A DNA stretch of 64,000 bases from assembly GCA_964016885.1 (NCBI GenBank), contig OZ024763.1, forward strand, positions 1,860,001 to 1,924,000. The letters run 5' to 3'. Below the pieces are notes generated by a model. It was not told the origin of the DNA, ran no database searches, and worked only from the letters and a program-made list of their open reading frames with translations. Position numbers and translations under genes: made by a program. This document shows positions 38,966 to 49,928 of the stretch, one piece after another (position 1 is the first letter of the stretch; every line of letters begins with the position of its first letter). This stretch comes from Eledone cirrhosa (Eukaryota).

Positions 38966-39018
38966 GAGATTCTACAGGACTAGAACTGTTTCATTCTTTA
39001 GAAATCATCAGGAATCTC
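38966..39018 (-). ncRNA. Type I hammerhead ribozyme (family A)
   Basis: gagattc CTGATGA t-ttc-taaa-gaa-t GAAA cag-ttctagtc-ctg TA gaatctc; 7-bp stem I, GUA triplet. Confidence 0.8.
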
Positions 39019-39067
39019 GATTCCTGATGATTTCTAATGAATGAAACAGTTCTAGTCCTGTAGAATC
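39019..39067 (+). ncRNA. Type I hammerhead ribozyme (family A)
   Basis: gattc CTGATGA tttctaatgaat GAAA cag-ttctagtc-ctg TA gaatc. Confidence 0.78.
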
Positions 39068-39150
39068 TCATCTATATTAAAACTTTTATACTCTGCTATG
39101 TATTGAGTACCTTACTTACTGTGGTTACCTCCTATTCAACCCGGAATAAC

Positions 39151-39198
<48 letters not shown>

Positions 39199-39221
39199 CA
39201 TATTGTCACAGTGCCATATAC

Positions 39222-39256
<35 letters not shown>

Positions 39257-39337
39257 CAGGGTGTCCCCCAAAAGTGTATACATATATTTATTAGAAAATG
39301 CTGTTGAAGTGTGTATGCACTTTTGGGGGACACCCTG
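39257..39337. mobile_element. Tc1/mariner-type MITE (partial copy at ~39467-39530)
   Basis: cagggtgtcccccaaaagtg / cacttttgggggacaccctg TIRs. Confidence 0.8.
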
Positions 39338-39723
39338 TGTATATATATATATATAATGTGTGTGTGTGTGTATATTCATTTTATTAAGGCTAAATATTGA
39401 GTCTTGTAACTCTGGAATTTCGCCTATCACAGTATTCTTTTCTCTCAGACAACAAACACATATGGATAGGGTCCCCTCCAAAAAAATGTATACACACTTC
39501 AACAGCATTCTAATCAACGTGTGTATCTATTTTTATATGTATGTATATTTAGTATATATTAAAATTTCATAGACTTAACATCTATATGTGACTTTAGGTT
39601 TCAAGGTCCAGTTATGGCCACCACCACTGTAAGGGATCCATTCTAATAAGACTGGCTTTCTCCTCAAGTGCAAGGACAAGATTAAAAAATATATACATAT
39701 ACTAACTACTACTAAATGCAAAG

Positions 39724-39755
<32 letters not shown>

Positions 39756-39847
39756 TGTAAGGAGTAAATCTTGTTTTTAAATGTGTTGCCTTCTCCTCCA
39801 TATATCTTTGATTGTATATATATTTATATATAATATATGTACTAAAT

Positions 39848-40113
<266 letters not shown>

Positions 40114-40214
40114 ACAATAAGAATTGCAACTTTTTGTGAAACTTTGCATATTACAATTGTTCATATATCGATCAGTTCAATATACATATAAACAGTTCTA
40201 GTCCTGTAGAAGCT

Positions 40215-40283
<69 letters not shown>

Positions 40284-40292
<9 letters not shown>

Positions 40293-40442
40293 GTTGAGAA
40301 GGTAACACACCAGAGAGAGATCTCTCTCTGGTGTGTTACCTTCTCAACATATTATATTTTAAAGGGCTCAGGATCTCTTCCCCTTTGAGCACATTATTTA
40401 CAGGGAATAACGACGGCCTATGCCTCCGTTAATTTATCGTGA
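40284..40442 (+). mobile_element. Family G fold-back element (perfect palindrome centred 40320/40321 + tail)
   Basis: aatatgttgagaaggtaacacaccagagagaga|tctctctctggtgtgttaccttctcaacatatt, then a gctca...tgagc hairpin. Confidence 0.75.
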
Positions 40443-40460
40443 TATATATATATATATATA

Positions 40461-40625
40461 TATAAGAGCTTCTACAGGACTAGAACTGTTTCATTCGTTA
40501 GAAATCATCAGGGAGCTGATGAAACAGTTCTAGTCCTGTAGAAGCTCTTATATATTGAAACTTTTATACTCTGCTATGTATTGAGTACCCTACTTACTGT
40601 GGTTACCTCCGATTCAACCCGGAAT

Positions 40626-40629
<4 letters not shown>
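40461..40629 (+). mobile_element. Family A fold-back element (hammerhead at 40467-40517 on -; the + arm lacks stem II)
   Basis: Homolog of 38961-39151; a further fragment lies at 40190-40220. Confidence 0.85.
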
Positions 40630-40664
<35 letters not shown>

Positions 40665-40875
40665 TTACTACTACTACTACAACTACTAAAGTACTACTAC
40701 TACTACTACTAAAGTCATCCAGTTGGTGGTGACATGATAAAATCTTTCCATCTAACACAACCCAACATTAACAGCCTCAGTTCTTCACCAGATAGTTTTG
40801 TATCTTCTTCAATAATTCTCTTTAATGTCAATAGAGAATCTTGGTTGCCTTTATGGAGTTCTATCTTCTTGTGGC

Positions 40876-42047
40876 TTTTATAGGAATAAATATATGTATA
40901 TATACATGTATATATGTAGGAATATATGTATGTATATATATATATTTATACATGTATTTATACATGTATATATACATGTATATATGTAGGAATATATGTA
41001 TGTATATATATATTTATACATGTATATATACATGTATATATACATGTATATATGTAGGAATATATGTATGTATATATATATTTATACATGTATTTATACG
41101 TGTATATATGTAGGAATATATGTATGTATATGTATATATATACATGTATTTATACGTGTATATATACATGTATATATATGTAGGAATATATGTATGTATA
41201 TGTATATATATACATGTATTTATACGTGTATATATATATATGTATATATGTAGGAATATATGTATGTATATATATATTTATACATGTATTTATACGTGTA
41301 TATATACATGTATATATGTAGGAATATATGTATTTATATGTATATATATACATGTATTTATACGTGTATATATACATGTATATATGTAGGAATATATGTA
41401 TGTATATGTATATATATACATGTATTTATACGTGTATATATACATGTATATATGTAGGAATATATGTATGTATATATATACATGTATTTATACGTGTATA
41501 TATGTAGGAATATATGTATATGTAGGTGTACATATGTATGCATGCATGTGTGTATATATGTATGTAAGTAGAAATATATGTATATATACATGTACATATG
41601 CATGCATGCATGTATGTATGTAGGAATATATGTATATATACATGTACATATGCATGCATGCATGTATACATGTATGTATGTAGGAATATATGTATATATA
41701 CATGTACATATATATGAATACATGTATATAAAAAGCCACACTCGTTCAGCGCATCGGTAGGGGTTCTCCTACATGGATATAAAGTAGTGGCCGTACTCGA
41801 AAATGAGTTGGCAGCCACCATGTATATATGTAGGAATATGTGCATGTATATATACATGTATGTAGGAATATATGAATATATAGATGAATGTATGTATATA
41901 TGAATATATGTATGAATGTATTGTGTATGTATGTATAAATATATGTATGTATGTATAAATATATATATACATATATGTATGAAGATATGAATGTATGCCT
42001 GTATGTATGTATATATCTAGGTATGTATGTAGGAATATATGTATGTT

Positions 42048-42085
<38 letters not shown>

Positions 42086-42716
42086 AACATATACATGAAA
42101 GTATGTATATGTGTGTATATATGTATGAAGATATCTAGGTATGTATATATGTATGTATATAACTACACATACTAACATATGATTGTATATACAGTTGAGC
42201 TCCCACCTCTTTATAGGTTAATATGTATGTATATATATTATATATGTATATGTATGTATATATATTATATATATTATGCATTATAATATGTATGTATATA
42301 TATTATGTATGTATATGTATGTATATATATTATATATATTATGCATTATAATATGTATGTATATATATTATGTAGATGAGTCTATTTATGGTTATATATA
42401 TATGTGTATATGTGTGTATGTATATGGCACAATGGATACATATATGTGTATATATGTATATGTGTGTGTGTATATATATGTGTATGTATATGAATCTATT
42501 TATGGATATATATATATATATGTGTATATATATGTGTATGTATATGAATCTATTTAGGGATATATATATATATATATATATATGTGTGTTTATATATGTG
42601 TATGTATATGAATCTATTTAGGGATATATATATAAGTTGTATGTATATGAATCTATTTATGCATATATGTGTATATGTGTATGTATATACGTGTATGTAT
42701 ATAAGTCTATTTATGG

Positions 42717-42750
<34 letters not shown>

Positions 42751-43150
42751 ATATATCAGTTGTATCTATACACGTGTATGTATATGAATCTATTTATGCA
42801 TATATGTGTATATGTGTATGTATATACGTGTATGTATATGAGTCTATTTATGGATATATATGTGTGTGCGTGTGTGTATATATATCAGTTGCATGTACAT
42901 ATATCAGTTGCATGTATGTATATGAGTCTATTTATGGATATATATATATATATATGTGTGTATATTAGTTGTATGTATATGAATCTATTTATGCATATAT
43001 GTATATATGTGTATGTATATACATGTATGTATATGTCTATTTAAGGATATATATATATGTGTATATATATATATATATGTGTATATATATATATATGTGT
43101 ATATATATATATATGTGTATATATATATATATATCAGTGTATATGTGTGT
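40876..43150. repeat. TA-based compound minisatellites (gtaggaatatatgta units, then gaatctatttat units)
   Basis: Direct reading; a ~85-bp unique island lies at 41735-41820. Confidence 0.85.
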
Positions 43151-43333
43151 CTAACCATCAATGTACCAATCTCTATAAATTACTTATTCCTCAGTAACTG
43201 ACACAAACAGTTCATATTAAAAACTCAATCCCTCTATCTTCATATAATTAATTTCTTGGCTATCATTTTTTGTTTAACTACCCCCCCCCCCTTTTAATTT
43301 CATCTCTATAACAGATAATTATGACTGTGTGCA

Positions 43334-43390
<57 letters not shown>

Positions 43391-43397
<7 letters not shown>

Positions 43398-43753
43398 AAA
43401 AAGGGATGAAATCGAAAATGCAACTGAAGTCTTATTTTTTTAAAAATATATATATTTATTTGGTTCCTTTACCGGTTTCGCAGTTCTTCTGCTTTTCAAA
43501 AGGTGAGTTGAGATGGAGGGTCTGTGGTTTTTCTCACATCTGATGTGAGAAAAACCACAGACCCTCCATCTCAACTCACCTTTTGAAAAGCAGAAGAACT
43601 GCGAAACCGGTAAAGGAACCAAATAAATATATATATTTTTAAAAAAATAAGACTTCAGTTGCATTTTCGATTTCATCCCTTTTTCTTTATACTTCCACTC
43701 GTGTAGGACACCTCGGTTATTTTTCATTTTGTAAAAAAAACCTCACTTTCTAA
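43391..43753 (+). mobile_element. Family F fold-back element: 150-bp arms around a 1-nt loop (43541) + ~60-bp tail
   Basis: Symmetry checked at several positions (43391/43691, 43466/43616, 43503/43579); in (TA)n. Confidence 0.9.
43579..43616 (+). ncRNA. Minimal type I hammerhead with U3-A8 core (family F); mirror copy at 43466-43503 (-)
   Basis: cctt TTGAAAA gcag-aagaa-ctgc GAAA ccgg TA aagg. Confidence 0.7.
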
Positions 43754-43780
43754 TATATATATATATATATATATATGTAT

Positions 43781-44311
43781 ACGGTGGTTGCGCTGGTATG
43801 GACATGTGATGCGTATGAAGGATGACAGCTGCATAAAAAGGTGCAGAGCACTAGAAGTCGATGGAAACCGCGGAGTGGGGAGACCCAAGATGACCTGGGA
43901 TGAGGTGGTAAAAGCCGACCTTACCCAATTACACCTCTCAAAGGCAATGACACACGACCGTGACCTCTGGCGTCACGCAGTAATACAGAGTACCCGACCT
44001 CCCATGGGTACAAGCTGAAGCATATAGACAATATGCCCCCACACCCCACCACCGCAAGGTGGTCGTGGAGGTGCCACGGCAAAAAATCACCCAGCCCACA
44101 CTGTAAAGTGGACTTGTAGGCGCCATGAAAAAGCACCCAGCACTCACTGTAAATGAGGTTGGTGTTAGGAAGGGCATCCAGCTGTAGAAATCAAGCCAAA
44201 TCAGTTCCTCTATGAGCAAGGCATGGTCAGCCGACCAGACACTGCCCACAACAGGACAACCCGTCTAACCCATGCTAGCGTGGAAGAACGGACGTAAAAC
44301 GGTGATGATGA
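43781..44311 (+). mobile_element. RTE subfamily 2, 5'-truncated copy
   Basis: [15 protein letters not shown]...PPMGTS* + 3' UTR matching 49929-50465. Confidence 0.92.
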
Positions 44312-44340
44312 TATATATATATATAGGAAAATGTTTGACC

Positions 44341-44579
44341 TTTCCTGTTGACAAGAGTTTTCAGGCCTGATATCATGTAACCTTATTTTATCTGATGAGA
44401 ACACAATTTTTGTCCCAGGATGATGTTGTTTTCGAAATGCGCATAATAAAATATATGGAACTTCTTTAACCATATTTTAATTTCTTCTTTAATATATACT
44501 CCAGTTCTACCAACTGTTGAGTGCTACTTATCTGATATATGCATAGTTTTATTGTTCTACAATATTACTCACCTTCTAC

Positions 44580-44582
<3 letters not shown>
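44341..44582 (+). mobile_element. Family I Penelope-like remnant (related to family D)
   Basis: Hammerhead followed by tail atactccag...ttgagtgct; flanked by (TA)n. Confidence 0.75.
44384..44453 (+). ncRNA. Type I hammerhead ribozyme (family I)
   Basis: tattttat CTGATGA gaacacaat...gttgttttc GAAA t-gcgc-a TA ataaaata; perfect 8-bp stem I, G10.1-C11.1, palindromic AUGCGCAU stem III. Confidence 0.82.
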
Positions 44583-44607
<25 letters not shown>

Positions 44608-44613
<6 letters not shown>

Positions 44614-44795
44614 AAAAAGTATGACCCCGACGGCAGAGCTCAAGCCGTTTCGACGACCAGAAATAGCCATCGAAACGGCTTGAGCCCTGCCGTCGGGGTC
44701 AAACATTTTCCTATTACCCACTCTACTACCCTAAGTATTGAGTACTCTGCTGCGTTATGGTCCATCTGGTTCCTTACCACATTTCCTTACCACTC
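44608..44795 (+). mobile_element. Family B fold-back element
   Basis: Homolog of 27784-27977; GAAA cggc...gccg TC ggggtc. Confidence 0.85.
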
Positions 44796-45079
44796 TACCA
44801 ACGCGTGTGTATCTGTATGTATTAGTGTGAGCTTTTGTGTGTGTGTCTGGAAAGAACTAACCCATGTATGTATATGTCTGTCTGTATGTATATGTATGCC
44901 GTATGTCTGTATGTATGTGTATATATGCAGTCTATAGGGTACAAACTAATGTATGTATATGTATTTCTGTATGTATATGTATCTCTGTATGTGTCTATAT
45001 GTATGTATATGTATGTATGTAGTCTGTAGGGTATCAACTGGTATGTGCCTCATCTTCAGTGGTGCAATGACAATAACAA

Positions 45080-45132
<53 letters not shown>

Positions 45133-45174
45133 TGTATATATATATGTACATGTATATATATATATTTGTATATG

Positions 45175-45211
<37 letters not shown>

Positions 45212-45228
45212 TTATATATATACATATA

Positions 45229-45272
<44 letters not shown>

Positions 45273-45502
45273 TATATATATATATCTATATATCTATATA
45301 TATATCTATATATATATATATATACATACACATATATGTATATATATATGTACATGTATATATATTTGTATATGTACATGTGTATATATATATATATATA
45401 TATATGTTTATATATATATATATACATATACATATATGTGTGTGTATATATATATATATATATATACACACACATATATATATATATGTGTATATATATA
45501 TA

Positions 45503-45533
<31 letters not shown>

Positions 45534-45884
45534 CAACACATAAAATCCCTGGTTGCTTCATAACCCCGCCCCCCCACCCGCTATATACACAGACACCATT
45601 TTCTTTTACTATCTTCTCTCATCCCCATATGGTTTAAATATGAATTTATATATATATATACATATGTACATATACACAGATGTACATATATACACATGCA
45701 CATGTACACTGACACACACACACACAGGTACATATACACACAGGTACATATACACTGACACATACATATGTACATGCATACAGGTACATATATATATATA
45801 TATACTGAGACATATGTATATATATTTATATATAATTTCAAATTATGTCAGTTTTTCTCTGTGCTGCCATGAACTCTCCACCTT

Positions 45885-45921
<37 letters not shown>

Positions 45922-45925
<4 letters not shown>

Positions 45926-46043
45926 GATATTAAACAAATGGAAACTATATCGTATATCTACTCCAAAACATTTTGAGTGCTTTATAGCAGTTATAAAATA
46001 TTTACTTGTTATAACCCAACAATTTTAAATAAAACTTTTGCAT
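45922..46043 (+). mobile_element. Family D element, short (inverted stub + tail)
   Basis: gatattaaacaaatggaaactatat joined to tail tactccaaaacattttgagtgc. Confidence 0.75.
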
Positions 46044-46056
46044 ATATATATATATA

Positions 46057-46263
46057 TTTTAATATAGAAGAGCTTCTACAGGACTAGAACTGTTTCATTC
46101 GTTAGAAATCATCAGGAAGCTCCTGATGAACTTCCTGGTGATTTCTCACGAATGAAACAGTTCTAGTCCTGTAGAAGTCATTTATATATTAAAACATTTA
46201 TACTCTGCTATGTATTGAGTACCTTACCTACTGTGGTTACCCCCCGATTGAACCCCGGATAAC
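46057..46263 (+). mobile_element. Family A fold-back element with non-identical arms
   Basis: Homolog of 38961-39151. Confidence 0.85.
46070..46122 (-). ncRNA. Type I hammerhead ribozyme (family A, covariant stem I)
   Basis: gagcttc CTGATGA tttctaacgaat GAAA cag-ttctagtc-ctg TA gaagctc. Confidence 0.8.
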
Positions 46264-46279
46264 TAATATATAAATATAC

Positions 46280-46322
<43 letters not shown>

Positions 46323-46674
46323 TGTGTATATATATGTATGTGTATATACAGTCTAACCCATGCTATTGTGGAAGATAGACGTTAAACGATGATAATGATG
46401 ATATATATATATATATATACACACTCACATACATATAAGTGTGTGTCTGCATGTATATATATATATGTGTGTGTATATATTTACTTGTCTCTTACTACTA
46501 TATATATGTGTGTCTATATATATATATATATATATAGACGTTAAACGATGATAATAATGATGATATATATATATATATACACACACACTCACATACATAT
46601 GTGTGTGTCTGCATGTATATATATATATATATATGTGTGTGTATATGTTTACTTGTCTCTTACTACTATATATA

Positions 46675-46727
<53 letters not shown>

Positions 46728-46750
46728 GTTAAACGATGATAATAATGATG

Positions 46751-46784
<34 letters not shown>

Positions 46785-46891
46785 TCACAACATATAAGTG
46801 TGTGTCTGCATGTATATATATATATGTGTGTGTATATATTTACTTGTCTCTTACTACTATATATATGTGTGTCTATATATATATATATTTA

Positions 46892-46941
<50 letters not shown>

Positions 46942-47145
46942 GACATCTTATGTTGGACTGTGACAATCTGTTCAACCCGTGTCAGCATGGAAAAACAGCC
47001 TGGGGGTGTAAATGATGATGATTATTGCGTTGGTGATGATGATGATGATGATTGTGTGTGTTTGCAGTTTCATGGGCCCTAATTTTTTTGAACACCCTGT
47101 GTGTATATATATATAACAATTTGTCAGCATTTTCTATTCCGTTTA

Positions 47146-47181
<36 letters not shown>

Positions 47182-47184
<3 letters not shown>

Positions 47185-47427
47185 GATATTAAACAAATGG
47201 AAACTATATTTATAAAACCATATTTATTTCATTATACATATTTCAGGGATACCATATTAAAAATATGGCATGCCTTCCTCAGATAAAATACAATATATAA
47301 GCAGTTTTATAAATAAATTTGACGTACCATAAATATTGATCAACTTCCATTTGAGAAGTTGTTGAGTGCTTTATATCAGTTATAAAATATTTACTCGTTG
47401 TAACCCAACAATTTTAAATAAAACTTT

Positions 47428-47432
<5 letters not shown>
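47182..47432 (+). mobile_element. Family D element: long inverted arm joined directly to the tail
   Basis: Homolog of the left arm and tail of 34679-35180. Confidence 0.8.
47225..47290 (-). ncRNA. Type I hammerhead ribozyme (family D, CUGAGGA core)
   Basis: tattttat CTGAGGA agg-c-atgccatatt-ttt-aatatggtat-c-cct GAAA t-atgt-a TA atgaaata. Confidence 0.78.
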
Positions 47433-47483
<51 letters not shown>

Positions 47484-47797
47484 CAGGGAGTGTAACGCGG
47501 AGTTACTGAAGGTTCACCCGGGTGAGCACTCGAGGTTTAGGTCCCCTTCTGGCCGGTTTTGGCCAGTTTTGGCCGGTTTGAACACTAAAGGGTTAAACAA
47601 TATATGCATAGTGCGGCAGAAACTCGAGTTCGGGTACCACTATAGGTACCCGTTTACGTGTGTTGTATTGAAGCGAATAACTATGTGTCTACTCTGGAGG
47701 TGTATATAACAGTACCTATTGAGTACGCTGAGATGTCACCGGTCCTGGCGAGGATACCCATGCTGTGTCTGTCAACTTATTATTATATATAATTATT

Positions 47798-48565
47798 TAC
47801 GGTCTGAGTTCAAATCCCGCCGAGGTTGACTTTGCCTTTCATCCTTACGGGGTCGATAAAATAAAGTACCAGTAATGCACTGGGTAATTGTTGGCCTTGT
47901 GCCTAAAGTAGAAACAATTATATATATATATATATATATATATAAAGCGGTGGATTGGCAGTATCGGTAGAGGGTCGGACGCCATGCTTTGACGCATAGA
48001 GTTACGGCCCTTGCCATTCTGAGTTCAAATCCTGCCGAGGTTAACTTTGCCTTTCATCCTTACGGAGTCGATAAAATAAAGTACCAGTAATGTACTGGGT
48101 AATTGCTGGCCTTGTGCCTAATGTAGAAACAATTATATATAATTATATATATATATAAAAGCGGTGGATTGGTAGTATCGGTAGAGGGTCGGACGCCATA
48201 CTTTCCAGCATAGAGTTACGGCCCTTGCCATTCTGAGTTCAAATCCCACCGAGGTTAACTTTGCCTTTCATCCTTACGGGGTCGATAAAATAAAGTACCA
48301 GTAATGCACTGGGGTTATTGCTGGCCTTGTGCCTAATGTAGAAACAATTATATATAATTATATATATATATAAAGCGGTGGATTGGCAGTATCAGTAGAG
48401 GGTCGGACGCCATACTTTGACGCATAGAGTTACGGCCCTTGCCATTCTGAGTTCAAATTCCGCCGAGGTTAAATTTGCCTTTCATCTTTACAGGGTTGAT
48501 AAAATAAAGTACCAGTAATACACTGGGGGTAATTGCTGGCCTTGTGCCAATAGTAGAAACAATTA
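47798..48565 (+). mobile_element. Head-to-tail cluster of four Meta-like SINEs separated by short (TA)n
   Basis: Copies at ~47798-47919 (truncated), 47947-48134, 48161-48349 and 48374-48564. Confidence 0.9.
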
Positions 48566-48569
48566 TATA

Positions 48570-48885
48570 TTTCATTTCATTTCATTTCATTTCATTTCAT
48601 TTCATTTGAGTTTGAGTCCATGCTCAGGCCAAGTCGAAGACTCCACCCTCAGAGTCTGGTGTGGTTGCCAGGTTGGATTCTCTGTTTAATTTTGACATGT
48701 GTAGGAGCGAGTTTGAGTCAGTTTGTGCTCGTTGTGTATATCCTGGGAGATGGGGTTCATCTCTAATGGTGCTTAAGTATCTATCCAGCTGCAATTTGAA
48801 TGATTCCACACTGCATCCTGATAGATTTCTGACATGTACCGGAATGGAGTTGAATAGTTGTGCCCCTCGAACCAACAGACTTGAC
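48570..48885 (-). mobile_element. CR1-group LINE 3' fragment with (ATGAA)n tail
   Basis: RGAQLFNSIP..VRNL....VESFKLQLDRYL....DEP..PGY C-terminal motif. Confidence 0.75.
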
Positions 48886-48932
48886 TATATATATATAATA
48901 TGTATATATATATATATATATACATATTATAT

Positions 48933-49074
48933 CAGCTCAAAAGTGACACAGAGGAGACTGAGGTTGGCTGGACATGCTCACCGACATCCAGAGTTGACAT
49001 TGCACTCAGTGCTCCTTTGGAAGCCCCTACATGGACACACTAGAAGAGGAAGACCAAGGTTAACATATGTTGAT
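48933..49074 (+). mobile_element. RTE-type LINE 3' fragment, part 1
   Basis: SSKVTQRRLRLAGHAHRHPE...LLWKPLHGHTRRGRPRLTYVD. Confidence 0.8.
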
Positions 49075-49120
49075 TCCTGATGATTTCTAAAGAATGAAAC
49101 AGTTCTAGTCCTGTAGAATC
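49072..49120 (+). ncRNA. Type I hammerhead ribozyme (family A arm displaced by an inversion)
   Basis: gattc CTGATGA tttctaaagaat GAAA cag-ttctagtc-ctg TA gaatc. Confidence 0.78.
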
Positions 49121-49127
49121 TCATCTA

Positions 49128-49188
<61 letters not shown>

Positions 49189-49407
49189 AGCTGTCAAGTA
49201 TGAAATTTGTAGTGAGGCATATGGTCATATGTTTTTTTTTCTACAAATTTCATACTTGACTACCCAATATATATGTGTGTATATATATATATGTGTGTAT
49301 ATGAAATACATAGCAAAATGGTATATATAATATAGTATATACACCGCTATGATTACATATTGAGGGTTCCTCCTTTCGTGATTATAATCAAGCATTCAGA
49401 CAACTAT

Positions 49408-49439
<32 letters not shown>

Positions 49440-49443
<4 letters not shown>

Positions 49444-49568
49444 CTAAGGCGGGTAAAATTCCCAAGATCCATGGACGAGTTCTCTCCAGCAGTCTCTGTC
49501 CCTCATTATCGCTGCCATGTCCTGCATCTCCAACAGACCAGTGTCTGTCCTTAGGGCATCAACATATG
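49440..49568 (-). mobile_element. RTE-type LINE 3' fragment, part 2 (inverted continuation)
   Basis: Minus strand encodes YVDALRTDTGLLEMQDMAAIMRDRDCWRELVHGSWEFYPP*, continuing ...RLTYVD. Confidence 0.75.
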
Positions 49569-49569
49569 C

Positions 49570-49640
49570 CTTTTATACTCTGCTATGTATTGAGTACCTT
49601 ACTTACTGTGGTTACCTCCGATTCAACCCGGAATAACGTA
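49570..49640 (+). mobile_element. Family A 3' tail
   Basis: ttttatactctgctatgtattgagtaccttacttactgtggttacctccgattcaacccggaataacg. Confidence 0.85.
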
Positions 49641-49641
49641 C

Positions 49642-49673
<32 letters not shown>

Positions 49674-49928
49674 ACGTGTATATGTATATATGTGTGTGTG
49701 TGTATATATATATATGTATGTGTGTATGTATATATATATATATATGTGTATGTATGTATATATATATATATATGTATGTGTGTATGTATGTATATATATA
49801 TATGTATGTGTATGTATATATATATCTATATATATGTATGTGTATGTATGTATATATATATGTGTATGTATGTATGTATATATATATATATATGTATGTA
49901 TGTATATATGTATCTATATATATGTATG

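Larger units (their letters stand above)
38961..39151 (+). mobile_element. Family A fold-back element with a complete hammerhead in each arm
   Basis: Palindrome 38961-39074 with apex at 39017-39018; tail tttatactctgctatgtattgagtacc...cccggaataacg; in (TA)n. Confidence 0.9.

Noticed and set aside
39599-39650. Possible second exon after an AG at ~39597
   Set aside because: Weak polypyrimidine tract, and the phase-1 frame hits a stop within about 11 codons
49187-49270. Small inverted repeat (gtcaagtatgaaatttgtag / ctacaaatttcatacttgac) as another fold-back family
   Set aside because: The IR is real, but it is single-copy here with no clear tail or ribozyme, so it was left unclassified
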